Notes under the pieces: generated by a model
Told to the model about the DNA's origin: nothing
The model's input: the letters and a program-made list of their open reading frames with translations, nothing else
The model's database searches: none
Program-made: the position numbers and the translations under genes
Origin: Tubiluchus corallicola
Lineage: Eukaryota; Animalia; Priapulida
DNA: 64,000 bases
Assembly: GCA_030141605.1 (NCBI GenBank)
Contig: JAQGDQ010000018.1
Location: 62,001-126,000, forward strand
Direction: 5' to 3'
Part shown: positions 1-13,800 of the stretch, piece after piece
Numbering within the stretch: position 1 is the first letter of the stretch
Layout of the letters: the number at the start of each line of letters is the position of its first letter

Positions 1-337
1 AACTTAAACTGTTCTATACTTGCACAGTACAGCATACATGTACAAGGCCTTAGAAAAAAGCCTTTTTATTCAGCAGAATTCTCCAATAGTGCACATAATA
101 AAAAAACTTATAAGATCTATATTTTAGCTTCTAATACTTTATTAGATTATTTGTAAAAAACCCATGAAAAATTCAACTGTTAAAACTACTAGCAAAAAAA
201 TCTAGAAACTCTACTGGTATTACAACTATATAAAAAATTCAGAATATTTATAGAACTAGAACCTACAATTTTAGAACATGTGTCTACCCAATATATACCA
301 AAACACATTTAAGATAAAGGTAATATTCTGCACTCAC

Positions 338-3300
338 CAGGAATATGTGCATAATTGTCTGATTTACCAGTAGAATAATTTGGTGCGTAAGATGAGAAAT
401 CCCCCTAAAACAAGGATAGAAACAATTTTAATAAATTTTAAACCAGCTGGTGCTAATTAAGAACATAATTATAACTGGTTTCAAGCTGAAAATTGCTATT
501 TCTATCCCTGTTTGAGCTTTGGGATATCCCAACGGAAATCACATGGCACAAAACGATGAGCTATTCATTTTCTATTTGGTCGATTATTACGCAACTAACC
601 TGGACGACAATCATAACTAAACAGACATTGGTATTCACTGTTGATTTACTTCAGACTAACAAAAAGCCCACCAAGTCTTTAACAAAATTAAGTGCAAAAT
701 ATTTAAGAATATTAACCTATACGTGTAAAATTTAAAATATAAATATCGCAAAACATTGCACCAAGTACAATTATTTCTAAAATTCACAAAAATTTTAGTA
801 TGTAAAATAGCTTAAACCAACATAATTTTAACTAACAGATCTATCCTTTGTAAATCGTTCAAAGAGCCAGTGAAATACACGAAAATAACTGAAATGGCCA
901 GAAAAGTAAAGTTGTAAAGAGAAAGACCCTACATACTTAGTGAATTAAAACAGAGATTCAGAAGTAGTCACGATTTAATTACATACTTATTCGTACAAAA
1001 TTGCTCACGATTATTAGCATGCTAAGGAGGCATTAATGCACTCAGCGGGAGCCAGTGAAATACACGAAAATAACTGAAATGGCCAGAAAACTAAAGTTGT
1101 AAAGAGAAAGAACCAACATACCTTGTGAATTAAAACAGAGATTCAGAAGTAGTCACGATTTAATTACATACTTGTTCGTACAAAATTGCTCACGATTATT
1201 AGCATGCTAAGGAGGCATTAATAGCACTCAGCGGATATGGCAAAATTGTTTGGTTAAGATTAATTAACGGGAATCATAATCCTTCCAGGAAAATTACATA
1301 ATCAATAAAGCACTGAAAATGTGCTTGCCTGAAACTTAGCCAAAACTAGTCCACGCAGCTGAGTACAAGGCATCATTGCTGCAAAAAGACGCTTCAGCAA
1401 AGGGCTCGATCTACCTGAACTAGCCTGTATCAATCACAGAAATTTGTTTGAATGTGAACAAACCAACTAAACAAAAGCAACAGCACATTCAAACAAATTT
1501 ACAATAAACTACAACAAATTAAAGTGTGAATAACTGAGTTCCTATAAAAAAACTACATTTAATAATAGTGTAAATAGAAAACTTAGTAGCACACGTATGA
1601 TTGCTGCTCTATTTCCGGTGCAGTGTAGACAGATCGCACGTGTATGTTACTCGGGTACGAATCTCTCGATTTGTCAGGAGATAAGCTCTTGTTCCTCAGA
1701 ATATTCTAAAAGAAAACGTCTTACATTATTCATTCCATGAAAACAGGTTCATTATACAATATAAAAGGTCAACTAAAAGAATATCAGTGGATTTGCTAAT
1801 CAGATAATATGCTAGCAAATTAAAATATATGAAAATAAAATAATGTACATGTTATTGAATTGAAATGTGAAGGCAATTAGCCACTGTGGATGCATAATGT
1901 CCATGTATAATACATTATAACTTACAGATAGATAGATTAACTGATAAGTGGGAAATACTGACAAATTGTCAACAAAGATCTTTTTTTCACCAAATTCACA
2001 TTTCCTACAAAAAAAATAGAATACACAAAAACAGAACCAATTTATTTGAAAAAAAAACATCACAGGAGTTTAAAATTACACCTGTTTCTCTTTTTCTCGA
2101 AATGAAGCTACCATGTTGCGAACACTACCATGTCCACCAAACCACTCGCTGACCTGTTCTGACAAATCATTCTGCTGGTCACTGTAACTGGCATCTGGTG
2201 GCCTGAATAGAAAAATGTAGAAATGGCACTAAGAACTGAGACATTTTAAAGGTGTTACAACCAATAGCACAGGACTTGCATCTGTAGAGCAGTGGGCAAG
2301 GCATGTACAGTTCCTTTTATTCTAAGGACTGACAGTTAGTGCAGACATTAGGCAAACACATTCACAAATTTAGATAACCCAAGTAGTACAGTCACTAAAT
2401 CACTTCTGTTAGCTCAAGACATTCCTTTTGCAGAGCTTTAAGCATGTTGAACTTTAGGACCAACATGGTCCTATTAAATTAACAGTAATAAGGCACAACA
2501 ACTATTTACAAAGAAACATGTCCCACAGTTCAAGAATGACTGAATTCACAACTGCAGAAAGAAATTTTTTTTTAGCATATCATAATGATTTGTTCAGACT
2601 AACCTTTGTAGGACAACAGCATCACGGAGTTCAGCAGAGAGATATGAATATGCACCACTACTTGGTCTAGGTCGTCTCAGAGAAACTGGCATTTCACAAG
2701 CATGGCCAGCTGGTTTAATACCTAAATAAATTATCTTAATAAGTTTACTAGATGCTCTATGATTTATAAGAAAAGCATTTGCAGATAAATCTTTTAATCA
2801 AGCAAAAACAATTTACATGTATTTTTTCTTACATCTATATATATATATATAGGATGTAAGTATTACATGTTGAAAAAGTTCTACGTGGGCAAATCATACT
2901 CACTAGAGTAACAAATATGCATTTTAGATAGCTTAAGATCATCCCTTAAAAGAAACACTGAACTGGAAGAAGCGTCTTAAGGATCTTTAGGTCTTAGACG
3001 CCAACAAAACTACTAGCAATTAACACGCTGCGAAACTCATTTTTTGCAGCATATTCTCGTGGCAATATACACAGTATTAGTTGAAAGAATGGAAATTCGT
3101 GATGGGCATCACAAAAAAAATCACGATAATATTTGAAGAGAGAAATTAAAGCATAATTACAATTTTCATTGGACAACAAAAATTGATAAGCGAAAGTCGG
3201 CAATGTTCTGACGCCCTAATTTGCATTATGACATTTACATTAAATTGCAAAAATCCAGTAAAGAGACTGTGTATAAAGATGGTGTCCATGTACCGCACAT

Positions 3301-6300
3301 GATTACATATGACTAATATAAATACACTAAAAAAGTCATAACTGCAAAATGATGTCATTCGCATCCTTCTGATGTCATTCTATTTCAAATTACAAGTGGG
3401 ACGTCACGATTTTTCCATTGCCATGTCTTCGCACACATGGAATTCACATAGAAGTCAACATACAATAAACAAGTGGGATAAACTTTTGTCCCAGAATGTT
3501 TTGGAAAACTAAGCACAGTTCACTCTACTCAGTTCACTCTGACTTCATGTCATATATATATATATATATACTCACATGCACCCAAATTTCCACATTTATA
3601 TTAAAAAGTGCCATACAAAAAATGAGTGACGATTTGATATACAAGTAAAACCAATAAAATTTTTATCACAAACTGTATTGGGTCATGTGAAAAAAATAAA
3701 AAACAAACATGTAAGCATGTTTTTACCTGGTGAATGACGATGGCCGCAACTTTGTATGCTGCAATTACTGTAGCCACTGGTATTCAATGTGGCACTTTTC
3801 TTACTTGTGTTGCTATTCTGTCGAGAACGATTTAGCGGTGCCCGGTGAATAACTGTTTCATCCCTACTCAAACTCCCGGATCTAAAGAGATAAGAAACAG
3901 TTTCCATAATATCAAATGTCTTCTATTACATAAACACAGCAAGCAGCACTAAGGGTTACAACAACTGCATACCAAGTCAAGGTTGTTAGAAACTTTCGAA
4001 AAAATAAAAATATTTAAGCTACACCTATTGTCGGCAAAATAAAAATAAAAGGCATTTATTGTTATGCAAAAACAGTTTGCAGTAGTAAGTAGAAAGCATG
4101 TAACTGAAAAGTGATGCGTGACAAAAGTGACGCTGTGTAAATTGCATAAATGTGAGAACACTAAGGAGTGAAAAATTGGTCATATCATATGAATGCTAGT
4201 TAGCAAATAAAAAGCTGCAAGCAGCAGTATATCCCAGTATACGAGGTCTGTTACACACAAAGAATGTGTAAAGTGAACGTTCTAGTGATGGCAATTAATT
4301 ACTCGATCACGGACAATCACGAGAACACAATCACGGATTGCAGTTATTAAGTAAGACTCAGTATTAGACAGTGACCACTGCCCACTGAACATCAGATCAT
4401 AAGCTGAACTAGAAAAATGATGAAAGAAGCCTAAAAATATCATACCAACTATGATGATTCTCCACCTAATGGCTCATAAGATTGCAAAGCTAGCTCAAAT
4501 TGAACTTCAAAGTAAATAGGCAGCTGTAGAAAAGAGCTTACAAACAACATACACAAAAATATTACAAGTTTAAATAAAAGATTCAGTAAATGTTACTGTT
4601 GATGAACAAATCTCTAAGAAAATTGTTTGTCCACAAGTCATTCTAAGCTGTCCCAAGTTCATGCTAATAAGTAGTATGTACTGTTAACATGCTTGATAAT
4701 GTTACACTCAACTATTGAAAATTTGCCATTTACTAATAAGGATGTTAAACTGATTGCATAATATTTACCGAGGCAAAGTGTGCAAACAAATTACAAGGAA
4801 AAGTGAAGCAAAAAAACCACCAATAAAAGCCTCTACAAAAAGCGTGCCTGAAGCAACCAATATACATAAAATACTCGTCGTGATAATATTTTTTGCCTGC
4901 AAGCAATAACCAATTATTGTGTTGTTAGTCTCTCTAAGTTCTACAACATGGTTCCAAATAAAGTCTACATCGGCAAACTATTAGGCTAATGACAAATTAA
5001 GAGTTTAGTTTTTATGTTTATTAAAATCATGGGTTTATTTTAACAAAAGTTTCAAAAGCAGTACCTCTACGAAGAACTTTCTACAACCAAAATATAAGAA
5101 TAACCTTCCAGTTAAACTTAACTTTTTGATACATAAGATATATAATATATAATTTATAATAGCTTGTAAATGAAAAGGGAAAGTCCATATTTTTTTCAGT
5201 TCATTTCCTGTGTTCTTTTTTTTTGATATGTTAGTATATGGTTGTCGTTATGGTAACTTACTAGCATCTATTATAATGCACTGTAGTTATCTAAAATGTA
5301 CTAACCTGGACTTATAAGCACTTTTTACGGATGTATTACTGGTGGTGCTCTTGCAGTCTATCAAGAAAAATAATGTTGCATGAATACAAAAAAAGATTTT
5401 TAATTACGCAAAAATCTGAGTGAATCTTAACTATGCATATGAAGATCTTGTGTATTAATAATCTTTGTAGGCTGCTAGTTGAACGTCATAATGTTACTTG
5501 GTAAATTTTGTTTGTCAAACAAATCATCAGCTGCATTTAGTGTAGAATGAATTAATTTAGTTCTCTTAAATTTTATCTGTTGAAACATGGAACAAACTTA
5601 TTCAAACACTACTTTACTGTCAACTTTAAAAAAACATGTGCAACCAATTACTGATATTTCCTTTGTAATTGTATTACTCCTTTCAAAGACCAATAATGAT
5701 TATGTTATCTATATATTTAAGGAAAGTTATCCAATTATGTATTTACAACAGTTTATACCAACCAGCTGAACTAAAAGACATAATTGAAGAGTAACCACGG
5801 TGAGATGGCACTACATCAGACACTGCTTTAGGAGTAGATGCAGACATGTCAGTGGCGTGCCCTGCTGGTTTTGGTGCAGTACCATCTTCCTGATACCTGG
5901 TGAAAATTTGTGTGAAGAAACATATTTTAAAAAGAACTGATGTTAACATGTGATATCAATTGTCTGTTATTGAAATATTACAATTGCTTTATAATTATCG
6001 AAATTTAACTTGTACTCAAATACATAAAAACAAATACTTATCTTTCACAATTTAAAAAAAACAAACCATGTGGCACTACACAGTACGCATAGCAAAAAGG
6101 AATATTGGCAATATGCAAACTTGATCGACAATTCGCATGTTTTAAATTGAATAACACAGTAAATTAAATTTTTTCTTACAACCAGGTGCTAAAGAGGCAC
6201 TTGTTCAATGAAGCTGTTCAACTTCCAAAATGTTTTTTGAAATCTGTTCCCAGACTGCAATGCACACTTTAACAGACACTGTTTTACCCATCACCCAAAA

Positions 6301-7893
6301 ATAAAAATCTAGTTGCTGCCTACAGCAAAACACGGTAAACTGTCTCCGTCATTATGCTCTTACTGGCCATACTTAGCACACTTCAGTAAGTATGGTTAAA
6401 GCAAGGTTTGGTTAAGTTCGCAGATGTGCACAGGAGAACAAGATTACAATGGGACAGATAACATGGCTGCAAACAACTTTTGCACCTACGTGCAAATGAT
6501 GATAAATCTGCTTGCAAGTAATAAGCCACATGTTAACACAAACATTCTACACAAGCATCTCAGTATGCTACTACCCTAATAAAATGGCAAAACTTTTATT
6601 TTGAAATGCACTTAAAAGGTATTGGTACATGTAAGAAATACAGCAATGCATACCTTTGTTCACTCGCTTCTCCCCACTTTGTTTTGCTATTTGAGTGACA
6701 CAGTGAATGATTTGCCGCATCGTTATCGATATCAATGTCATTCGAATGTGATACTGAATGGTTTACCACATCATTACCAATATCAGCCCTGGAACAAAGT
6801 TGTTACACCATTTGATACCACAGTAAAATCTAATAGCAAAGCCGATGTTATTTAACACAGTAAAATAAATCAAATAACAGGTACATTATCCTGAAAAATA
6901 GTTGGTGAAAGTTTTGATAAATCTGCCTAATCTGATATCTAGATCAGCAGTAATCATTAGCATACTTTAGCGTTTTGCCTAGTATCTATGACACACTACA
7001 CAGGTAAACTTTCAGGTTATTAAAAGACTTGGTGATATCCATACCGGTATTGAGCGCCAGCAGAAATTTGGCTTCTAGTATGTGATGATGCACTAGTGTC
7101 ACGTTTCTTTGACTGCAGATAACTGCAGTTGTGAATAGTGCAATGAGCGCCGCCATCAAAAGAAGTGTCACTATCAGTTGTCGTTGACAGTACAGATTTT
7201 TTCTTCCTCCTGGTGTATTAAAAAACAATTGTCAATCTATCTAATATAATAATATATAAAACAAAGATTATGCTGTGCTATAGCAAGAACACTTTTATTC
7301 TTAATTACATGCAATATAAAGATAACAAATTAAACAATCTTTGCTCGGAAAATATCAATCACATAGGTAACAAATACGTCCAATCTAAAACATGAACAGA
7401 ACACAATAAATTCTGTATCATAGCATTAATCAAATCTTTAGTAAATTTGCTCTCTGTATAGTTATCTCGCCAAAAGGAAAAGCATGTCTTATCAATAGTT
7501 GCAATGACACCTTTGAGAACTTTTCTTGGCACTACCACTTTTCTCAAGAGATGGAGCATATGCCTGCTTTACCTCTGTCTCCTCATCTTCTTGATAAGCT
7601 GCCAAAGAGCTGAACCTATAAAAATAAAATGGACAATATTTTTTATTTTTCAGCCAAATTTTAGGCATTTGTACCTGTCTTTACTAACATATAATTGTTG
7701 CTTAACTTGATCTTTCTTTAATTATGGATAAAATGTGTCAATATGATATTTTAAATCAAAAGCATTACTGAAAGGATAAAATAACATACGTCCTATCTCC
7801 ATAGGTCCTGTTAGTGTGTGGTGAATTTCTCATACTAGTATCTCCCACAGCCTTAATTGGGTTCAGTGAGTTCTTAGAAGACTTTCTAGACAC
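338..7893 (-). CDS. TEX14: TEX14-like Ser-rich C-terminal tail exons
   Basis: Eleven open, phase-matched exons with polypyrimidine-AG acceptors and GT donors, encoding low-complexity Ser/Asp/Asn-rich sequence. The donors at 7510 (GTGTCA) and 1594 (GTGTGC) are weaker. Confidence 0.72.
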
Positions 7894-10800
7894 CTAGAAA
7901 AATTACGGTGTACAGTAAACTACGTATAACTCGAACACATCGGGACCGGAAAATTCGCTCGAGTTACACGAAAGTACGAGTTGTAAAATGTTCGTAAGAA
8001 AAGAAGATCGAATTGCTCATCAATGTCACATAATATACTACAGCATGTGAAAATGACAAACTGAGCCTTCAATCACATGTAAACAAGTTTTTGTGAATAA
8101 CCAAAAATAAAATGACTGGTCCACCTCTATTGTTGTCTGGGTAGCACGGTTAATAGAATTCGGCAATAATATTATGATCTACATTAAACAACGTTCCTTA
8201 AGCCACGTTGTATGCAGTGTTCTGTTAAGGTAATATAAGAAATCTTAGCATTTTTGCTGAAACCAACAGTGAAAATCGTAATGTGTTGTACACTTTCGCA
8301 TAGGATTTCTTGCTTGGGAGGTGTTCGAGACAGGCAAGGTAAACTGAGTCAGATTCTTAAGAACTGTCCTGGGAATTCGGTTCAAGTTAGGTGATAATTT
8401 GAGTTACAGATTTCGAATTACGCAATGTTTGGTAAAGGGAAAATCCATTCCACAAGGCCTGTTTGATATATGCAAAAATTCGAGTCATACGTAATTGACT
8501 GTACAATTATAGTAATCAAAAATCAAAATATCTTTTTATCAAACATATTTAAATCAGTTTTTAAGAGAAAATAATTCTTGTTCGCATAACCAAAATAATA
8601 GTCCTACTGAAGATCTCGCTAAAAGTTGTAATGCTCCATTTATGTCATCCATAGTTATGCAGCGATCATCTGGAAGAATCTGTAGTCCCCTTTCTAAACT
8701 GCCAAATATCTCCTCAGGAATCCTTTCAGTGGGCAGCGGCAACATTATACCATGTAATATAAGGTCTTCCTTGATTTCATGTGCCTCTTTCTCCGGCCAA
8801 GGAGGAATTCCTAAAATGTTATTTTCAAGATTAAAAACAGTGAAAGCACTATGCAGGCTTGACTGTGAACGCTGTTTAATTTCATAGATAACAGTTTATC
8901 CAATATGAAGTTTTACCGTATAAACATTTGCAAACACAAAAAGTAATACAGCCAAACTTCTTTGTACCACTAACTTTGGGACCTGAAAAAAGTTGGTATT
9001 ATAGAGAGTTTGGTGTTATAACGAGCTGTGTCAAATTTTGCCATGCAAATCACAAAACAGACAGATGAGTGTACACAGATTAGAGTCTTCAATTTTTGCT
9101 CTAAAGGTTAACGAATTAAAAGAAAATTATAAAAATTAATCATTTGTGAATTAATCACTCACTCTAAATTATTCGTCTTTATTAAGAACTTTTTGTTTAC
9201 ATAATAAATATGTCCAGTACTCAAACACATATATAAAAGACTGCATGTGAACTGCTCCGTTACACATGTCTGTATGTAAAAAAGTTAAATCATAACTACG
9301 AATTTCTTTTGGGATCTGCTTGAATGATTCTCATAAACAAGTAAATATCACTCTTAATGCTGGTGAAAAAAGAGCCGCGTGTTTTCTTGTCAGTTTCCGT
9401 TATGACTACGTGCCAGTATGTGGTGTATTCATTGTGATTTATTCAATATACAATGTAAGGAACAGCTTGCAAGCAATCAAAACATGATGAAACGCATTCT
9501 TTTATACAACATGTGACGTCTAGCTAGTGTCTATGACTCAACCGGACAAGTAGCATAATATCAAGAAGCCACTGGCGTTAGTTGAGAGACTTGAGACTGC
9601 CGGTGGCTTTGCCCAATTGAACACATGTATTAATTTGCCTGACCAATTGCAGGTAACGGGTGGCAGTATAATGGGTTACTTTTATATACAGTTGAATACA
9701 GACATTTTGTTCCTGGCTATTTTGCAGGCGGTATAACAGGGGACAGGATAACAAGGTTTGATTGTGCTAACAAGAATGAGTTCCTCCTGTAAAAGAAAGT
9801 AGGGCCACTATCAATGAAACATAAAATTTTACAACCTGTAAAAGGAATACAGTTTCTATGATCAGTCGCCTTTAGTTTTTTCTTCTAGATTTATGCTTGT
9901 ATTTAATAGGATTTTCTCTCTTATACTTTCGCTCAAAAAGATTTACATACATGTTGCTAATGTCACAATATTTATCATAGAAGTTTAAAGACTTACAGTG
10001 TTGCTTTTCAATTTAATGCATCACTGATAATGCACAAAATACATGCATAAGCTAATAAACAAATGACTTACTCATTAAAAACTCCCAAACCACACTGCAA
10101 AAGCTGTATATATCTACTTTAGGAACTGCATTCTGTGCTTTCATTATTTCAGGTGCAAGCCAATTGTAGACAGCATTCTTATGCATATTGCCACGTGCTG
10201 AGCTCGGTTTATGGCTGCAAGCAAAATTGAAGAAATAAATTTCAAATGAAAAAGAACAGAATGAAGAACAAAACAAAATACAAATTTCTAAATGAAAGTG
10301 TCGCCATGCACAAAAAACTTATATTATGCTATCCTATAGGCTAAGTCAAAAAAGTGGCACAAGTGCAAACTTACCAATCTACCATGTACTCAAAATTTCC
10401 CAGCTTTGCTAATTTTGGATTAAGAATTTGCACAGCGTGAGAGGTTACAGCTGTGTGAATCATGTTCTGGTCATGAATATACATCAGTGCATCTGCAATT
10501 TGGCCCAATATCTCCCACATATTCTTCACAGGAGAAGCAATGTGCTAATATTTTCAAGCAAAAAAAGTAAAAAATGCATGAATGGTATCCACACATAATT
10601 CATAAAGCAGAATAAATATAAATGTTTCTTACAAAAAATAAATAAATAGAACTAGGAAAACACTAACAGCAAATCTGATCTGATGCGTATTTTGTTATAA
10701 CACACAATGCAAAAATCTATAATTTGCATGTTGGTTTACGACAAGCTTAGGTCGACACGTATGCAACACAACTGACGGAAAACAATCACAGACACAGGCT

Positions 10801-13800
10801 CAGCTTGACTGCAACTGATTTCCAGCAACTGTGTACAACTAGCAAGATACGAGTAGCCGCAACACTGCTCAGGTCGATGACAACTGAGCTTACGCAAATG
10901 AAAAAAAATCTCTGACCAGACTACAATCATGAGAAAACAATGCCGACATTGCTGCAATCGATTGGAACTGAGTGGATCCAGTATACCGTAGAAGAAGAGC
11001 AACTCCCTGAAAGTGAGTTGCGCTGAGTAGAGTTGTGTCGTAAGCCTGGTTATGTCGACTGGATGTACTCGGAACTGGCGGTATACCATATGACAAATCT
11101 CCAGTTGCTCTCAGTTGCGTTGTAAGGTCGACCTAAGTCTGCCTTAAGCAAATGTTCGAAAATAAAAGCTTTGCATCTAGGTAGTTTATTACATGTGTTG
11201 CTCACCATTTCATGTATTGCATAGTACAAGGATCCAATGCCGATATTTTCATAAACAAGCTGAATGCCATCCATGTTGTTTGTAGGAGACACTGCCATGA
11301 GTAGCAAAATATTGGGATGTCTTAACTGCCTGTGGAATAAATTACTTCTTTAGTAACGTTTCGTGTTTAATATGAAAAAAATTACAGACAGTAAAATATG
11401 AGCTTATTGTACAAAATTCATGACAAGCTCACAATGAAACTAGAAAAATTGGCAGCTAAAGCTTAGCATGCAGACAGTAGAAATCAGAGAAATTCCCTTT
11501 ACAAAAGTATCATATTTTTGTCATGTCCTATTACACATTCATTACGTTATAAAAACAACTCCACAAAGCATACACTGTGGTCTAAGGGATGATGTAAAAT
11601 ACAAAGTTCTAATCTAAGTTATGCAAAAAATGGCGAGCTATCATAATCAGGATGTACAAAATCAAAATAAACATTATCCTCATAAACATCAAGAGCCTCA
11701 ATTTTAAAACAAATAGCATCGTGGTCTGGTATAGAAAAGGACGGCTTACGTTTAAATCAACTGTTATAAAAACAAGGACAAAAACGTTGTCATTACGTGT
11801 AGAACTTTGTACACACACTGAGTTAACAGATTTTCGAGAATACAATTAGCAAACTTTTCATATGTGGCTAAGACAAATAAGTAAAACTGGTCCACTCAAA
11901 AAGTGAAAAATTAAAATTGCTAAGTACATTACAGAAAGAGCTTATGGTGTCACACAGTTTGTTAAAAAAGCGCAGAACTAGCAAGCAAGTCTTGATGCAC
12001 TGCCAATTAAATCAACAGCTACTATTTTAATTTCATTTATTTTAGACGTATGTACGCGGAGAGTAACTTCTCTGCCACTCCTACATGCTTTCCTCAACCA
12101 GAAACTCGTTTACATAATTAAAAATTACGTGACGTACACTTACATTCAGCCATGTTTCCATACTGGCAACATCATTGTTTAGCAACAGAAAATAATTCAA
12201 GTCACATAGCTTGTTGCAAATGGACTGGCTATTAAACAAAACACAGTTTAGCAGGGGTAGCTGTTGGCAAATTTTACCCTTTACTGGTTTTCCTGCTCAT
12301 TGTAAATCCAGTCATTGTCTTGTTTCCAAAACCCTTCTTATTGCTAATGTATTTTTAAACAGCACCCACCATTTTCCCTCACACTAAAACTAATGCAAAG
12401 TACCGCGTGTTCTTTTTTATTTTGTCATTCCATCCACAAATGTTTTATCATCCTGCTGAGTTAAATCATAAACTTCTTTAGAAAGGCTAAATTTAGTTTT
12501 TTTAAGTTTACTGTGAAGTGCAGCAATACCAGTCTGTTATTGTGTCATCTCAAATGCTCCTCTGAGAGCTCTTGCATCCATTTTGCTCGAGAAAATTTTT
12601 AGTAATCTAGAGCAGTCTTTATTTTCCCCCTACTAGTTGAATAAATTTACACAGGTAAAATTGAAAATTAAGACCTCACAAATATACCCGATGGCTTGCT
12701 TAGACTTGAATAAGGCTTCAGACCCTTCTGCTAACCCTGAAAATATTAGCTCTTTTTTTTGAGTTCCTTACTTTTTAATGTATGGAGTTTTTCAGCTACT
12801 ACCAACTGGGATTACTGCTCAGGGTAGCTTTATATTCGTTCAACTGTGAACTTAGTGTTAGGGTTCAATGTTCAGGAGATCCGAAAAAGTCTGCTTTACA
12901 CTTTTTCTCGGCTTAAACACAAGTTTAGTAAAAAATATCCACGAAGAGTTGCTACAATCACTAGTAAATTTGTAAACCTTTCTTTGCTGACCTATGACAA
13001 ACCCGGGACATTTTTCAACATACAATCAACACAGACCCAGCAGTTTTCGCTCTTCTTCAGTATAACCAAAGTCACTTGAAAGAAGAGTTCTTTTAACATT
13101 TATCAACATTTGTTAAAGCACTTGATATAGACACTGGAGATGAATGAGATTTTAGAGTTCCGTTTACTTGTGAAAGTAGGCTGCTGCTATCCGCCATACT
13201 ATTGTTTAATGCTTCGCTGAGCTCAGGGCGATTTGCAACATCAGACGTCTGCTCAGTTTGACCAGAAAAGAAAAATGATGATGATGACGGTGATGCCAGC
13301 AGATTCAGTGACAGGGACAATGGCAATGATGATGATGGGCTATTGATTATGATAAAGATGATGAAAATGATGAGGCTGGTGACGGTAAATTTATATGCAG
13401 GTGAAGAGAATCAATCGCTAACATTAATGATTAATGAAATGAAATGCAAGCAATTCAAAGAATTAAATGTTTTCATTTGTTGATATCCTTTTGTTAGATC
13501 ACAATAAATGTGATGATACTAAAGAACCCTTCCCTAACCTTCTTGTGTTAAGTGCTTTATTTGGAGTTTCACACCTGGTATGTCTCGCAGAAGACTAAGA
13601 TTTCTTCCATAAGTTCTTACCCCATGCATTCTGTTTCTCTAATAAGAAGATCGACGACATCACTAGGTGAATCATCCAAAATTTTGCGAACACTGACATC
13701 AGTTCTATCCCACATCATACTGCAAAATGCACAAATAGTGTATATGATAGTACAAAGAACCACTCACACTGATTTATAAAAACAAATAGTTTTCAACACA

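Noticed and set aside
4240-4400. SDHCPL, resembling a LINE endonuclease C-terminal motif
   Set aside because: A single short motif with no supporting neighbours.
4459-4500. Possible third copy of the 21.7-kb hammerhead motif (CACCTAATGG...CATAAG...AAAGCTAG)
   Set aside because: Too degenerate: neither stem II nor the core can be formed.
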